Source of the DNA: Lysobacteraceae bacterium | GTDB lineage: Bacteria; Pseudomonadota; Gammaproteobacteria; Xanthomonadales; Xanthomonadaceae | Length of the DNA: 64,000 nucleotides | Direction: 5' to 3' | Assembly: GCA_014879375.1 (NCBI GenBank) | Contig: JACSSF010000087.1 | Coordinates: 2,118-66,117, forward strand | Shown: in pieces, positions 17,964-27,621 of the stretch | Position numbering within the stretch: position 1 is the stretch's first letter | Layout: every line of letters begins with the position of its first letter | Made by a program: the position numbers and the translations under genes | The notes under the pieces: generated by a model | Seen by the model: only the letters and a program-made list of their open reading frames with translations | Told to the model about the DNA's origin: nothing | The model's database searches: none

Positions 17964-19187
17964 TCAGGCGCGACCGAACACCAGCGTCGCATTGGTGCCG
18001 CCGAAGCCGAAGCTGTTCGACATCACCGTGTTCGGCGTCTGCGCCAGGGTTTCGCGCACGATCGGGAAGCCTGCGCAACGCTCGTCGAGCTGCTCGATGT
18101 GGTGCGAGGCGACGATGAAGCCGTCGCGCATCATCAACAGGCAATAGATCGCCTCATGCACGCTGGCCGCGCCGAGCGAATGGCCGGACAGCGCCTTGGT
18201 CGACGACAGTGGCGGCACGTTGTCGCCGAACACCTCGCGCACCGCGCCAAGCTCGGTGACGTCGCCAATCGGCGTCGAGGTGCCGTGGGTGTTGAGGTAA
18301 TCGATGGGGCGGTCCACGCCCGCCATCGCCATCCGCATGCAACGCACCGCGCCTTCGCCGCTGGGCGCGACCATGTCGGCGCCGTCGCTGGTCACGCCAT
18401 AGCCCAGCAGTTCGGCATGGATGCGCGCGCCGCGTTTGATTGCGTGCTCGTAGTCTTCCAGCACCAGCATGCCGCCGCCGGAGCCGATCACGAAACCGTC
18501 GCGTGCGGCATCGTAAGGCCGCGATGCGACTTGTGGCGTCTCGTTGAAATGCGTGGACAGCGCGCCCATCGCATCGAACATGCAGGTCATGCCCCAGTGC
18601 AGCTCCTCGCCGCCGCCGGCAAACACGATGTCCTGCGCGCTGTGGCGGATCATGTCCGCGGCCGCGCCGATGCAATGCGCGGACGTGGCGCACGCGGCCG
18701 AGAGCGAATAGCTCACACCCTTGATCGCGAAGGCGGTGGCGAGCGCGGCGGACACCGTGCTGCACATCGTGCGCGGCACCATGTACGGGCCAACCTTGCG
18801 CACGCCCTTCTCGCGCATCACGTCGGCGGTGACGATCTGCCACTCGGGCGAACCGCCGCCGGAACCGGCGATCACGCCGATGCGCGGGTCGCTGATCGAT
18901 GCCGCATCCAGCCCTGCGTCCTGCATCGCCTGTTGCATGGCGATGTGCGCGTAGGCCGCGGCATCGCCCATGAAGCGCTTCTGTTTGCGGTCGATCAGAG
19001 CGTCGAGGTCGATCTCGCAGGCACCGCCGACTTGCGAGCGCAAGCCGAGTTCCGCGTATTCCGGCATGAAGCGGATGCCGCTGGTGCCTTCGCGCAGCGA
19101 CTTGGACACCGCATCGCCGTCATTGCCCAGCGGCGAGACGATGCCGAAACCGGTCACCACGATGCGACGGGGCGATGCACTCGCCAT
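17964..19187 (-). CDS. fabB: beta-ketoacyl-ACP synthase I
   Basis: [36 protein letters not shown]; follows fabA. Confidence 0.95.
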   Translation of the reverse strand: MASASPRRIVVTGFGIVSPLGNDGDAVSKSLREGTSGIRFMPEYAELGLRSQVGGACEIDLDALIDRKQKRFMGDAAAYAHIAMQQAMQDAGLDAASISDPRIGVIAGSGGGSPEWQIVTADVMREKGVRKVGPYMVPRTMCSTVSAALATAFAIKGVSYSLSAACATSAHCIGAAADMIRHSAQDIVFAGGGEELHWGMTCMFDAMGALSTHFNETPQVASRPYDAARDGFVIGSGGGMLVLEDYEHAIKRGARIHAELLGYGVTSDGADMVAPSGEGAVRCMRMAMAGVDRPIDYLNTHGTSTPIGDVTELGAVREVFGDNVPPLSSTKALSGHSLGAASVHEAIYCLLMMRDGFIVASHHIEQLDERCAGFPIVRETLAQTPNTVMSNSFGFGGTNATLVFGRA

Positions 19188-19702
19188 CAGAAATCCTCCA
19201 CCGACTGGAACAGGCCCACGCGCAGGTCCTTGGCGGTGTAGATCTCGCGGCCATCAACCAGGGTGCGGCCATCGGCGATCACCAGGCGCAGCTTGCCGCG
19301 CAGCACGCGGCGGATGTCGATCTCGTATTGCACGACCTTGGCGGTCGGCAGGATCTGTCCGGTGAACTTCACCTCGCCCACGCCCAGCGCGCGGCCGCGA
19401 CCGGGCTCGCCCAGCCACGGCAGGTAGAAGCCGGTCAACTGCCACATCGCATCGACGCCAAGGCAGCCGGGCATGACCGGGTCGCCCTCGAAGTGGCAAT
19501 CGAAGAACCACAGGTCCGGACGCACGTCCATTTCGGCGCGGATCACGCCCTTGCCGTTGGCGCCGCCGGTCTCGCTGATCTCGGTGATGCGGTCGAACAT
19601 CAGCATCGGCGGCGCGGGCAAGCGGGCGTTGCCGGGGCCGAACATCTCGCCGCGCACGCAGGACAGCAGCGCCTCGCGGTCGAAGGATTGGGGTCGGGTC
19701 AT
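19187..19702 (-). CDS. fabA: 3-hydroxydecanoyl-ACP dehydratase/isomerase
   Basis: [30 protein letters not shown]; 171 aa from ATG 19702. Confidence 0.95.
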   Translation of the reverse strand: MTRPQSFDREALLSCVRGEMFGPGNARLPAPPMLMFDRITEISETGGANGKGVIRAEMDVRPDLWFFDCHFEGDPVMPGCLGVDAMWQLTGFYLPWLGEPGRGRALGVGEVKFTGQILPTAKVVQYEIDIRRVLRGKLRLVIADGRTLVDGREIYTAKDLRVGLFQSVEDF

Positions 19703-19843
19703 CAACGAAAGCCGTCTGCGAATGAACCCGCAAGTGTAGGTAGCCGGCACCGCAATGCGCGCCGGTACGGTGGGGCCTTTGTTCAGGCTGGGTGCCGAAG
19801 GCGCCGGTTTTGCCGCCGTGGCGCGCGTGCATTGGCCTTGCGC

Positions 19844-19857
19844 CTGATCTAGATCAA
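19844..19857. promoter_or_regulatory. FNR-like box between fabA and nirK (distal)
   Basis: CTGAT-CTAG-ATCAA (9/10 match). Confidence 0.7.
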
Positions 19858-19892
19858 CCCCGCTGGCCGCGTGCCGACAACGCATTCACGAC

Positions 19893-19906
19893 TTGACGTG
19901 CGTCAG
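19893..19906 (+). promoter_or_regulatory. FNR/DNR-like box upstream of nirK (proximal)
   Basis: TTGAC-GTGC-GTCAG; 16/17 identical, with flanks, to the norB box. Confidence 0.78.
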
Positions 19907-19974
19907 CGAAATCCGTGCACGGGCGGCGCAACGTTCGCCCCAGAAGCGACATCAACATCAAGGGAGTCCTCCAC

Positions 19975-21477
19975 ATGCGCCGCAACGTGCTTTGCCTGTT
20001 CATCGCCGCCTCGCTGGCCCTCGCCGGCTGCAAGGCCGACCAACCCGTCGCCCAAGTCGATGCAGGCTCGGGTGGTTCCAAGCAGGGCGATTTCGGGCCG
20101 CCGCAGGGCGAGCCGATCAAGGCCGTCCTCACCAGCCCGCCGATGGTCCCGCCGGCCACCGGCCGCACCGCGCCGGCCAAGGTGATCGTGGAGCTGGATG
20201 TGGTCGAGAAGGACATGGAGATCTCCGAGGGCGTGACCTACACGTTCTGGACCTTCGGCGGCACCGTGCCCGGCAGCTTCATCCGCGTGCGCCAGGGCGA
20301 CACGGTGGAGTTCCACCTGCGCAACATGCCCGACAGCAAGATGCCGCACAACATCGACCTGCACGGCGTGACCGGCCCCGGCGGCGGCGCGGCGTCCAGC
20401 TTCACCGCGCCGGGCCACGCTTCGCAGTTCACCTTCAAGGCGCTCAACGCCGGCCTGTACGTCTATCACTGCGCCACGGCGCCGGTCGGCATGCACATCG
20501 CCAACGGCATGTACGGCCTGATCCTGGTCGAGCCGCCGGAAGGCCTGCCCAAGGTCGATCGCGAGTACTACGTGATGCAGGGCGACTTCTACACCACCGG
20601 CAAGTACCACGACAAAGGCCATCAGGGCTTCGACATGGAGAAGGCCATCGACGAGCACCCGACCTACGTGCTGTTCAACGGCATGGAAGGCTCGATGACC
20701 AACGAGAAGGCACTACAGACCAAGACCGGCGAGACCGTGCGCCTGTACGTGGGCAACGGCGGCCCGAACCTGGTCTCCAGCTTCCACGTGATCGGCGAGA
20801 TCTTCGACAAGGTCTGGTACGAAGGCGGCACCAAGTACCAGGAGAACGTGCAGACCACGCTGATCCCGGCGGGCGGCGCGGCGATGATGGAATTCCACAT
20901 GGAGGTGCCGGGCAGCTACGTGCTGGTCGATCACAGCATCTTCCGCGCCTTCAACAAGGGCGCGCTGGCGATCCTCAAGGCCGATGGCCCGGAGAACAAG
21001 GCGATCTATTCCGGCAAGGAAGTGGACGAGGTCTACCTGGGCGACAAGGCCCCGTCCGAGCCGACCGGCGCCGTGGCCGCGGCCGTCGCCACCGCGGCCG
21101 CCACCGGCCATGCCACCAAGGAGGAGCGCATCGCCGCCGGCAAGACCTTGTTCGCCGGCACCTGCTCGACCTGCCACGGCCCGGACGGCAAGGGCATGTC
21201 GGGCGTGTTCCCGCCGCTGGCTGCATCGGACTATCTCGTCAAGAACCCGAAGAAGCTGCCGGAGATCATCACCCACGGCTTGCAGGGCAAGGTCACCGTC
21301 AACGGCAAGGAGTACAACTCGGTGATGCCGCCAATGGCGCAGTTGACCGATGACGAGGTGGCCAACATCGGCACCTACGTGCTCAACAGCTTCGGCAACA
21401 AGGGCGGCGAAGTGACCCGCGAAGACGCCAAGAAGGCGCGCGCGGCCAAGCCCGCCGACGCGGCGGCAGCGCACTGA
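19975..21477 (+). CDS. nirK: copper-containing nitrite reductase, lipoprotein, with fused C-terminal cytochrome c
   Basis: Lipobox [41 protein letters not shown] copper ligands; CSTCH heme motif and VMPPM; GGGAG RBS. Confidence 0.95.
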   Translation: MRRNVLCLFIAASLALAGCKADQPVAQVDAGSGGSKQGDFGPPQGEPIKAVLTSPPMVPPATGRTAPAKVIVELDVVEKDMEISEGVTYTFWTFGGTVPGSFIRVRQGDTVEFHLRNMPDSKMPHNIDLHGVTGPGGGAASSFTAPGHASQFTFKALNAGLYVYHCATAPVGMHIANGMYGLILVEPPEGLPKVDREYYVMQGDFYTTGKYHDKGHQGFDMEKAIDEHPTYVLFNGMEGSMTNEKALQTKTGETVRLYVGNGGPNLVSSFHVIGEIFDKVWYEGGTKYQENVQTTLIPAGGAAMMEFHMEVPGSYVLVDHSIFRAFNKGALAILKADGPENKAIYSGKEVDEVYLGDKAPSEPTGAVAAAVATAAATGHATKEERIAAGKTLFAGTCSTCHGPDGKGMSGVFPPLAASDYLVKNPKKLPEIITHGLQGKVTVNGKEYNSVMPPMAQLTDDEVANIGTYVLNSFGNKGGEVTREDAKKARAAKPADAAAAH

Positions 21478-21478
21478 G

Positions 21479-22240
21479 ATGCGCCGCGCGGCCGCCCTGT
21501 CGCTGCTCCTGCTTCCCGTGCTGGCGCTTGCCGCCACCACGGGGGGCTGGGTGCGGCTGCCGGGCGGCAACTTCCGTTCCGCGCTCAAGTACGAGGATCG
21601 CAATCAGGTCCGCATCGCCCCGTTCCAGTTGATGGAAACGGCGGTGACCAACGCGGACTTCCTCGCCTTCGTCAAACGCAACCCCAAATGGCAACGCGGC
21701 CGCGCACCGGTGGTGTTCGCCGAGGACCGCTACCTGCAGCACTGGGCCGGCCCGACCACGCTCGGCGCCAACGTCCAGCCCAACCAGCCGGTGGTCAACG
21801 TCAGCTGGTTCGCCGCCGATGCCTACTGCCGTGCGAAGGGTGCGCGCCTGCCCGACTGGAACGAGTGGGAATACGCGGCCGCCGCCGACGAGCGTCACAC
21901 CGATGCCCGCAAGGATCCGGTCTGGCGCGAACGCATCCTTGGCTGGTACGCGCGGCCCTCGCGCAGCGCGCTGCCGCGGGTCGGTCTGCAGGCGGCCAAT
22001 GCCTACGGCGTGCGCGACCTGCATGGGCTGGTCTGGGAGTGGACGGGCGATGCCGGGTCGCTGCTGGTCGATGTCGACAACCGCAAGCAGGGCGATGCCG
22101 ACAAGGCGAAGTTCTGCGGCGCCGGCGCGCTGTCGATGAATGATCGCGACAACTACGCGGTGTTGATGCGGGTGGCGATGCTGTCCTCGCTGGAGGCCAA
22201 CGACGTCACCGCGAACCTGGGCTTTCGCTGCGCGAAATGA
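21479..22240 (+). CDS. formylglycine-generating enzyme (FGE-sulfatase) domain protein, NirV-like
   Basis: VTNADF, QPVVNVSW, RLPDWNEWEYAA, DLHGLVWEW, GFRCA; directly after nirK. Confidence 0.85.
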   Translation: MRRAAALSLLLLPVLALAATTGGWVRLPGGNFRSALKYEDRNQVRIAPFQLMETAVTNADFLAFVKRNPKWQRGRAPVVFAEDRYLQHWAGPTTLGANVQPNQPVVNVSWFAADAYCRAKGARLPDWNEWEYAAAADERHTDARKDPVWRERILGWYARPSRSALPRVGLQAANAYGVRDLHGLVWEWTGDAGSLLVDVDNRKQGDADKAKFCGAGALSMNDRDNYAVLMRVAMLSSLEANDVTANLGFRCAK

Positions 22241-22265
22241 CCCGCCTCGGTAATTGGAGAATCCG

Positions 22266-22844
22266 ATGAAACGCTTGCTTGCCTGCATCGCCCTGCTTGC
22301 AGTGACGACGCTGCCGGTCACCGGCGTTGCCCAGCAACCGCTGCCGCGTGATTCGGTCTACCAGCTGGATGCGCCGATGACCGACCAGGCCGCGCGCGCC
22401 ACCACGCTGGCGGATCGCCGCGGGCGCGTGCAACTGGTGTCGATGTTCTACACCTCGTGCCGCTACATCTGCCCGCTGATCATCGACAGCGGCATGGCGA
22501 TCGAGAAGAAGCTCACCCCGGCGGAGCAACAACGCCTCGGTATCACCCTGATCAGCATGGATCCCAAGCGCGACGACCCGGCCGCGCTCTCGCGGGTGGC
22601 GACGCGACGCAAGCTGGACACCCGGCGTTGGGCGCTGCTGCGGCCGCGCACGCAGGACGTGCGACCGATCGCCGGCGTGCTCGGCATCCGTTACCGCGAG
22701 CTGGCCGATGGCGAGTTCAACCACACCAGCGCGCTGGTGCTGCTGGATGCACAGGGCCGGATCATCGCGCGTACAGAACAATTGGGCACGGTGCCGGACC
22801 CGCAATTCCTTGCCGCGGTCAGGAAGGCGCTCACCGCGCGCTGA
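22266..22844 (+). CDS. SCO1/SenC copper chaperone family protein
   Basis: FYTSCRYICP (CxxxC), DPKRD, FNHTS; GGAGA RBS. Confidence 0.88.
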   Translation: MKRLLACIALLAVTTLPVTGVAQQPLPRDSVYQLDAPMTDQAARATTLADRRGRVQLVSMFYTSCRYICPLIIDSGMAIEKKLTPAEQQRLGITLISMDPKRDDPAALSRVATRRKLDTRRWALLRPRTQDVRPIAGVLGIRYRELADGEFNHTSALVLLDAQGRIIARTEQLGTVPDPQFLAAVRKALTAR

Positions 22845-22847
22845 CGC

Positions 22848-24104
22848 TCAAGACGGGATGGCGGCTTGCGTTGCCTGCAAATGGCGGCGGCGCCGATGCA
22901 GCGCCAGCATCAACGCGATCGCCAGCAACAAGGAGGCGATGAACCACGGCATGCCCGGCAACTCGGCTGGTGCCTGGTCGCCGATGAACAAGGCGAACGC
23001 GCCGGTATAGAGCGTCGGCCCGATGATCCCGGCCAGGCTCACCAGGCTGGCCAACGCGCCCTGGATGCGGCCCTGGATCTCGGGCCCCACTTCGCGCGTC
23101 ACCAATGCCTGCGCCGACGGCCCGGCCACGCCCCACAACGCCATCACCGGGATCGCGCACAGGAACAGCCAGCCGACCGGCGCCGCGCCGTAGGCGGCAA
23201 AGCCCAGCGTGCCGGCAGCAAGACCCAGCACCAGGGTGTTGGATTCGCCGAACTTCGACACCGCCCGTCGCACCAGTCCGCCCTGCACCAGCGCCGAGCA
23301 CACCCCGACCAGCGCCAGCACCTGGCCGACGGTCATCGGGCCCCAGCCGTAGCGATAGTCCGCGTAGAGCACGAACACGCTTGGATAGGCGTAATGGGCG
23401 AGGTTGCTGAGCAGCAGGATCGCGGCGAGGCCGATCAGTTGCGGATACTGGCCGATCAATTTCATCGCCCCGACCGGATTGGCCTGCCGCCATTCGAAGC
23501 GCGTGCTGCGACGCTCGGGCGGCAGCGATTCGGGCAGCACGAAATAGCCGTAGCAGAAGTTGAGCAGGGCAAGGATCGCCGCGCCCCAGAACGGGTAACG
23601 CAGGTCGAAGTGGCCCAGCCAGCCGCCCAGCATCGGGCCGATGATGAAGCCGACGCCAAACGCCATGCCGATCATGCCGAACGCGCCGGCGCGTTTCTCC
23701 GCCGGGGTGACATCGGCGATGTAGGCGTTGGCCGTGGTGAAGCTGGCCGAGGTGATCGCGGAAATCACCCGGGCGACGAACAGCCACATCAGGTTGGGCG
23801 CCAGCGCCATCAGGATGAAGTCCAGGCCCAAGCCCAGGCACGAGAGCAAAATCACCGGACGGCGGCCGAAGCGATCCGACAACGCGCCCTGGATCGGCGC
23901 GCTGAAGAACTGGATCGCCGCGAACACGGTGCCGAAGATGCCGACCCACCATGCCGCGGTGCGAGTGTCGCCACCGACGAATTGCTCGACCAGATGCGGC
24001 AGCACCGGGATGATCAGGCCGAACGCCAGGATGTCGATCAACACCGTGATGAAGATGAACACCAGCGCGGCGCGGCGGGCCCTGGGGACGGGTGGGGATG
24101 TCAT
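22848..24104 (-). CDS. TCR/Tet family MFS efflux transporter
   Basis: GLIIPVLP, motif A GALSDRFGRRPV, AYIADVT, GFIIGPMLGG, LPESL. Confidence 0.9.
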   Translation of the reverse strand: MTSPPVPRARRAALVFIFITVLIDILAFGLIIPVLPHLVEQFVGGDTRTAAWWVGIFGTVFAAIQFFSAPIQGALSDRFGRRPVILLSCLGLGLDFILMALAPNLMWLFVARVISAITSASFTTANAYIADVTPAEKRAGAFGMIGMAFGVGFIIGPMLGGWLGHFDLRYPFWGAAILALLNFCYGYFVLPESLPPERRSTRFEWRQANPVGAMKLIGQYPQLIGLAAILLLSNLAHYAYPSVFVLYADYRYGWGPMTVGQVLALVGVCSALVQGGLVRRAVSKFGESNTLVLGLAAGTLGFAAYGAAPVGWLFLCAIPVMALWGVAGPSAQALVTREVGPEIQGRIQGALASLVSLAGIIGPTLYTGAFALFIGDQAPAELPGMPWFIASLLLAIALMLALHRRRRHLQATQAAIPS

Positions 24105-24133
24105 GCGGTTATCCGGCAAGAGGGCGGCTGGCG

Positions 24134-24742
24134 TCAGTGCGGCCAAGCATCGGCGGCGAGCATGGTCGCATGATCACGCAGGTCCTCGGGCCACGCGGCG
24201 ATCTCGGCATCGAATTTCAGGCTGTCGCCGGCGAACAGCGCGCGCGTGGCTTCCTCGAAGCCCGGGCGGTCGCCGCCCATCGCCGACAGGAATCGATACG
24301 CGCGTTCCTGCGCGGCGCGGCGCAGGTCGCCATCGGCGTGTTCGCGGCGCGCGGCATCCACCAATTTGCGCAGCGCCACCGACGCTCCGCCCGGTTGCGC
24401 GTTCAGCCATTGCCAGTGGCGCGGCAGCAGGGTCACTTCACGCGCGACCACGCCCAGCCGCGGGCGGCCGCGGCCGCGCTTGGCCGGGGTGTCGTCGTCA
24501 CTCGCAGTCGGCACCTCGCCGCGGTTGAGCCGCTGCACGATCTCCGCCGCGCTGCCGCGCAGGTCGAGGTCGATCAGGCGGGCGTCGGCATCGTCGAAGA
24601 TCAGCAGCCGCGCCTCGGGCTGGGCTTCCAGCGCCAACTGGGCGCGTAAGGCGACGTGGCGCAGTTCGCCGGCCGCGATCCGGTGGTCGTCCAGGAACGC
24701 GGTGCAGCGGGTGTCGATGCGATAGGAATCAGGCGATGTCAT
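24134..24742 (-). CDS. DUF2239 family protein
   Basis: LIFDD..ARLIDLDLRG, RGRGRPRLGVVAREVTLLPRHWQWL, GGASVALRKLVD, GFEEATRALFA. Confidence 0.88.
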   Translation of the reverse strand: MTSPDSYRIDTRCTAFLDDHRIAAGELRHVALRAQLALEAQPEARLLIFDDADARLIDLDLRGSAAEIVQRLNRGEVPTASDDDTPAKRGRGRPRLGVVAREVTLLPRHWQWLNAQPGGASVALRKLVDAARREHADGDLRRAAQERAYRFLSAMGGDRPGFEEATRALFAGDSLKFDAEIAAWPEDLRDHATMLAADAWPH

Positions 24743-24748
24743 GTCGCC

Positions 24749-24776
24749 ATTATTTTCGCCCGGGCGATATTGTCAA
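24749..24776 (-). promoter_or_regulatory. sigma-70 promoter with palindromic operator upstream of the DUF2239 gene
   Basis: TTGACA (24776-24771), 16-bp spacer, AATAAT (24754-24749); perfect palindrome TCGCCCGGGCGA (24756-24767) in the spacer. Confidence 0.8.
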
Positions 24777-24783
24777 GCCGCGA

Positions 24784-25389
24784 TCAACGTCGCCCGGTCT
24801 CGATGAAGCGCAGGAACTCGTTGCGGGTGCGCGCATCGTCGCGGAACACGCCCAGCATCCGCGAGGTCACCATGCTCACCCCGCGCTTGTGCACGCCGCG
24901 GGTGGTCATGCATTCGTGCGCACCCTCGACCACCACCGCCACGCCGGCCGGGTCCAGCGCCCGCTGGATGCAGTTGGCGATCTGCGCGGTCATCTTCTCT
25001 TGCACCTGGAAGCGACGCGCATAGGCATCCACCACCCGCGCCAGCTTGCTGATGCCGACCACCCGCCCGCTTGGCAGGTAGCCGACGTGCACCCGGCCGA
25101 TGATCGGCGCCATGTGGTGCTCGCAGTGGCTTTCGTATTCGATGTCGCGCAGGACGATCATCTCGTCGTAGCCGCAGACCTCCTCGAAGGTGCGGGCGAG
25201 GTATTCGTCCGGGTCGATGGCGTAGCCGCTGAACCAATCGCCGTAGGCCTTGACCACGCGCTTGGGGGTATCGAGCAAGCCCTCGCGCTCGGGGTCGTCG
25301 CCGGCCCAGCGCAACAGGGTGCGGACGGCGGCTTCGGCCTCGCTGCGCGGGACGCCGTGGCGGCTGTCGTTGTCGTCGGATGCATTCAT
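24784..25389 (-). CDS. folE: GTP cyclohydrolase I
   Basis: [43 protein letters not shown]. Confidence 0.95.
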   Translation of the reverse strand: MNASDDNDSRHGVPRSEAEAAVRTLLRWAGDDPEREGLLDTPKRVVKAYGDWFSGYAIDPDEYLARTFEEVCGYDEMIVLRDIEYESHCEHHMAPIIGRVHVGYLPSGRVVGISKLARVVDAYARRFQVQEKMTAQIANCIQRALDPAGVAVVVEGAHECMTTRGVHKRGVSMVTSRMLGVFRDDARTRNEFLRFIETGRR

Positions 25390-25504
25390 GCCGCCATGGT
25401 AGCGCGCCGGCGCGCCGACCCCGAAGCCGACATCCCCCAAAATCCCCGTGCAGGCCGCCATTCAGGTGCCATCCCCCACGCTTGCACATTGGGGTTTCCC
25501 GATC

Positions 25505-26296
25505 ATGCGCATGACACAGACTGCCGAACCTGCCGTGCACCTTGATGCCGTGCGCCTTGCGCGCGGTGATCGCACCGTGCTGGACGACATCCAGCTGACG
25601 GTCCCGGCTGGCAGCATCACCGCCGTGCTCGGGCCCTCCGGCAGCGGCAAGTCCACGTTGCTGGCCGCGCTGACCGGCGAACTGGTCCCGGCAGCCGGGC
25701 AGGTGAAACTGTTCGGCGAACGGGTGCCGCAGAACACCCGCGCGCTTTTGGCCATGCGCAAGCGCCTTGGCGTGCTGCTGCAGGGCAATGGCCTGTTGAC
25801 CGACCTCACCGCCGCCGAGAACGTCGCCCTACCGCTGCGCACCCACACCGACCTGCCCGGTCCGGTGATCGATGCCTTGGTGGACATGAAGCTGCATGCG
25901 GTCGGCCTGCGCGCCGCCGCCGACCTGTATCCGCGCGAGCTCTCCGGCGGCATGGCCCGCCGGGTCGCGCTGGCCCGCGCGCTGGCGCTGGACCCGCCGC
26001 TGATGATCTACGACGAGCCGCTGACGGGCCTGGACCCGATCGCCTCGGGCGTGATCATGAGTTTGATCGCGCGCCTCAACAAGACGCTCGGGTTGACCAG
26101 CATCATCGTCACCCACCACGTGCACGAGACGCTGCCAATCGCCGACCATGCGGTGGTGATCGCCAATGGCCGCATCGTGTTCGACGGCACGCCCGAAGCG
26201 CTCGAGCGCAGCCAGGACCCGCTGGTGCGCCAGTTCCTCGGCGGCGAACCCGATGGCCCGATCGCCTTCGACGCCGGCGCGAGGGATGCGGCATGA
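25505..26296 (+). CDS. mlaF: Mla ABC transporter ATP-binding subunit
   Basis: GPSGSGKS, LSGGMARRVALARA, YDEPLTGLDP; first gene of the mla operon; start 25505 or 25511. Confidence 0.9.
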   Translation: MRMTQTAEPAVHLDAVRLARGDRTVLDDIQLTVPAGSITAVLGPSGSGKSTLLAALTGELVPAAGQVKLFGERVPQNTRALLAMRKRLGVLLQGNGLLTDLTAAENVALPLRTHTDLPGPVIDALVDMKLHAVGLRAAADLYPRELSGGMARRVALARALALDPPLMIYDEPLTGLDPIASGVIMSLIARLNKTLGLTSIIVTHHVHETLPIADHAVVIANGRIVFDGTPEALERSQDPLVRQFLGGEPDGPIAFDAGARDAA

Positions 26297-27045
26297 GGTC
26301 ATTCGCTGCGTTCATCCGCGCCACCGGCCAGGCCGGTCTGTTCGCGCTCGCCGTGTTGCGCGCCTCGCTGCCGACGCGCGATTTCTTTGTCGAACTCGGC
26401 CGCGAGATCTACAAGATCGGCTGCCGTTCGCTGCCGATCATCGCGGTGGGCGGCGCGTTTGTCGGCCTGTCGGTGATCCTGCTCGGCTACCGCGCGCTCG
26501 ACACCTATGGCGCCAGCAATCAGGTCAGCGCGATGCTGGGCCTCGGCCTGTATCGCGAATTGGCGCCGGTGCTGACCGCGCTGCTGTTCATCGGCCGCGC
26601 CGGCTCGTCCATCGCGGCGGAGCTGGGCCTGATGCGCGCCACCGACCAGATCACCGCCCTCGGCCTGATGGCGATCGACCCGGTGGCGAAGGTCGTCGCG
26701 CCGCGCTTCTGGGCCGCGGTCATCTGCGTGCCGCTGCTCACCGCCTTCTTCATCAGCTTCGCGATCCTCGCCAGCTGGTTCGAGGCGGTGCACATCATTG
26801 GCCTGGACGATGGCACCTTCTGGCAGGTGATGAAGGATGCGGTCGATTTCCGCCACGACTTCCTATCCGCCTTCCTCAAGGCCGGCGTGTTCGGCGCGAT
26901 CGCCGCGCTGGTCGCCGCCTACGTCGGCTTCCACTCCGAACCCACCATCGAAGGCACCTCGGTGGCGACCACCCGCGCGGTGGTGAACGCCTCGCTGCTG
27001 GTGCTGATGTTCAACTTCGTGCTCTCGGCACTGATGTTCCGCTGA
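26293..27045 (+). CDS. mlaE: Mla ABC transporter permease
   Basis: RELAPVLTALLFIGRAGSSIAAELGLMRATDQ. Confidence 0.92.
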   Translation: MRSFAAFIRATGQAGLFALAVLRASLPTRDFFVELGREIYKIGCRSLPIIAVGGAFVGLSVILLGYRALDTYGASNQVSAMLGLGLYRELAPVLTALLFIGRAGSSIAAELGLMRATDQITALGLMAIDPVAKVVAPRFWAAVICVPLLTAFFISFAILASWFEAVHIIGLDDGTFWQVMKDAVDFRHDFLSAFLKAGVFGAIAALVAAYVGFHSEPTIEGTSVATTRAVVNASLLVLMFNFVLSALMFR

Positions 27046-27075
27046 GCCTCATCGAATGCAATGCAAGGTGATCCC

Positions 27076-27621
27076 ATGAGTATCCGTGGCCCCCGTGTCG
27101 AATTCGCCGTTGGCGCGTTCCTGCTGCTCGCCCTGGCGACGCTGCTGGTGCTGGCGCTGGCCTCCACCAACGGCAAGTTCTCCGTCGGCGGCGGCACCTA
27201 TCCGCTCAAGGCGCGCTTCTCCAGTATCGGCCAGTTGCGCGCGTCCGGCCCGGTGAAGATCGGCGGGGTGACGGTCGGCAATGTGGCCGACATTCAGCTC
27301 GACCCGGTTAAATACGACTCCATCGTTACCCTGGCCATCGACAACAAGTTCAAGGACCTGCCTGCGGACACCACTGCGGGCGTGTTCACCAGCGGCCTGC
27401 TCGGCGAGGCCTACATCGGCCTGCAACCCGGCGGCGACGTCGAGGTGCTGAAGGCCGGCGACGAGATCGCCTTCACCCAGCCGGCGGTGGACCTGCTGCA
27501 GCTGGCCGGCAAGTACATGTTCGGCGCCGGTGCGCCCAAGCCTGCGGACGGTTCCGCGGACGACGCTGCGGCGAACGATGCCGCGACCCCCACCGAAACC
27601 CCTACGGAGGCCACCCCATGA
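27076..27621 (+). CDS. mlaD: MCE-domain outer membrane lipid asymmetry protein
   Basis: N-terminal TM, PVKIGGVTVGNV, TSGLLGEAYIGLQPGG. Confidence 0.92.
   Translation: MSIRGPRVEFAVGAFLLLALATLLVLALASTNGKFSVGGGTYPLKARFSSIGQLRASGPVKIGGVTVGNVADIQLDPVKYDSIVTLAIDNKFKDLPADTTAGVFTSGLLGEAYIGLQPGGDVEVLKAGDEIAFTQPAVDLLQLAGKYMFGAGAPKPADGSADDAAANDAATPTETPTEATP

Noticed and set aside
5655..19895. ORF-track TTG starts at 5655, 7892 and 19893
   Set aside because: These TTGs are the first bases of FNR-type boxes; better starts are 5703, 7964 and 19975
12811..21353. Arg/Pro-rich same-strand alternative-frame ORFs (12811-14400, 15642-16829, 19893-21353)
   Set aside because: Off-frame products of GC3 bias; no evidence of frameshifting or overlapping genes
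22848..24104. Acquired tetracycline resistance gene tetA
   Set aside because: Only family-level similarity; no tetR or mobile-element context
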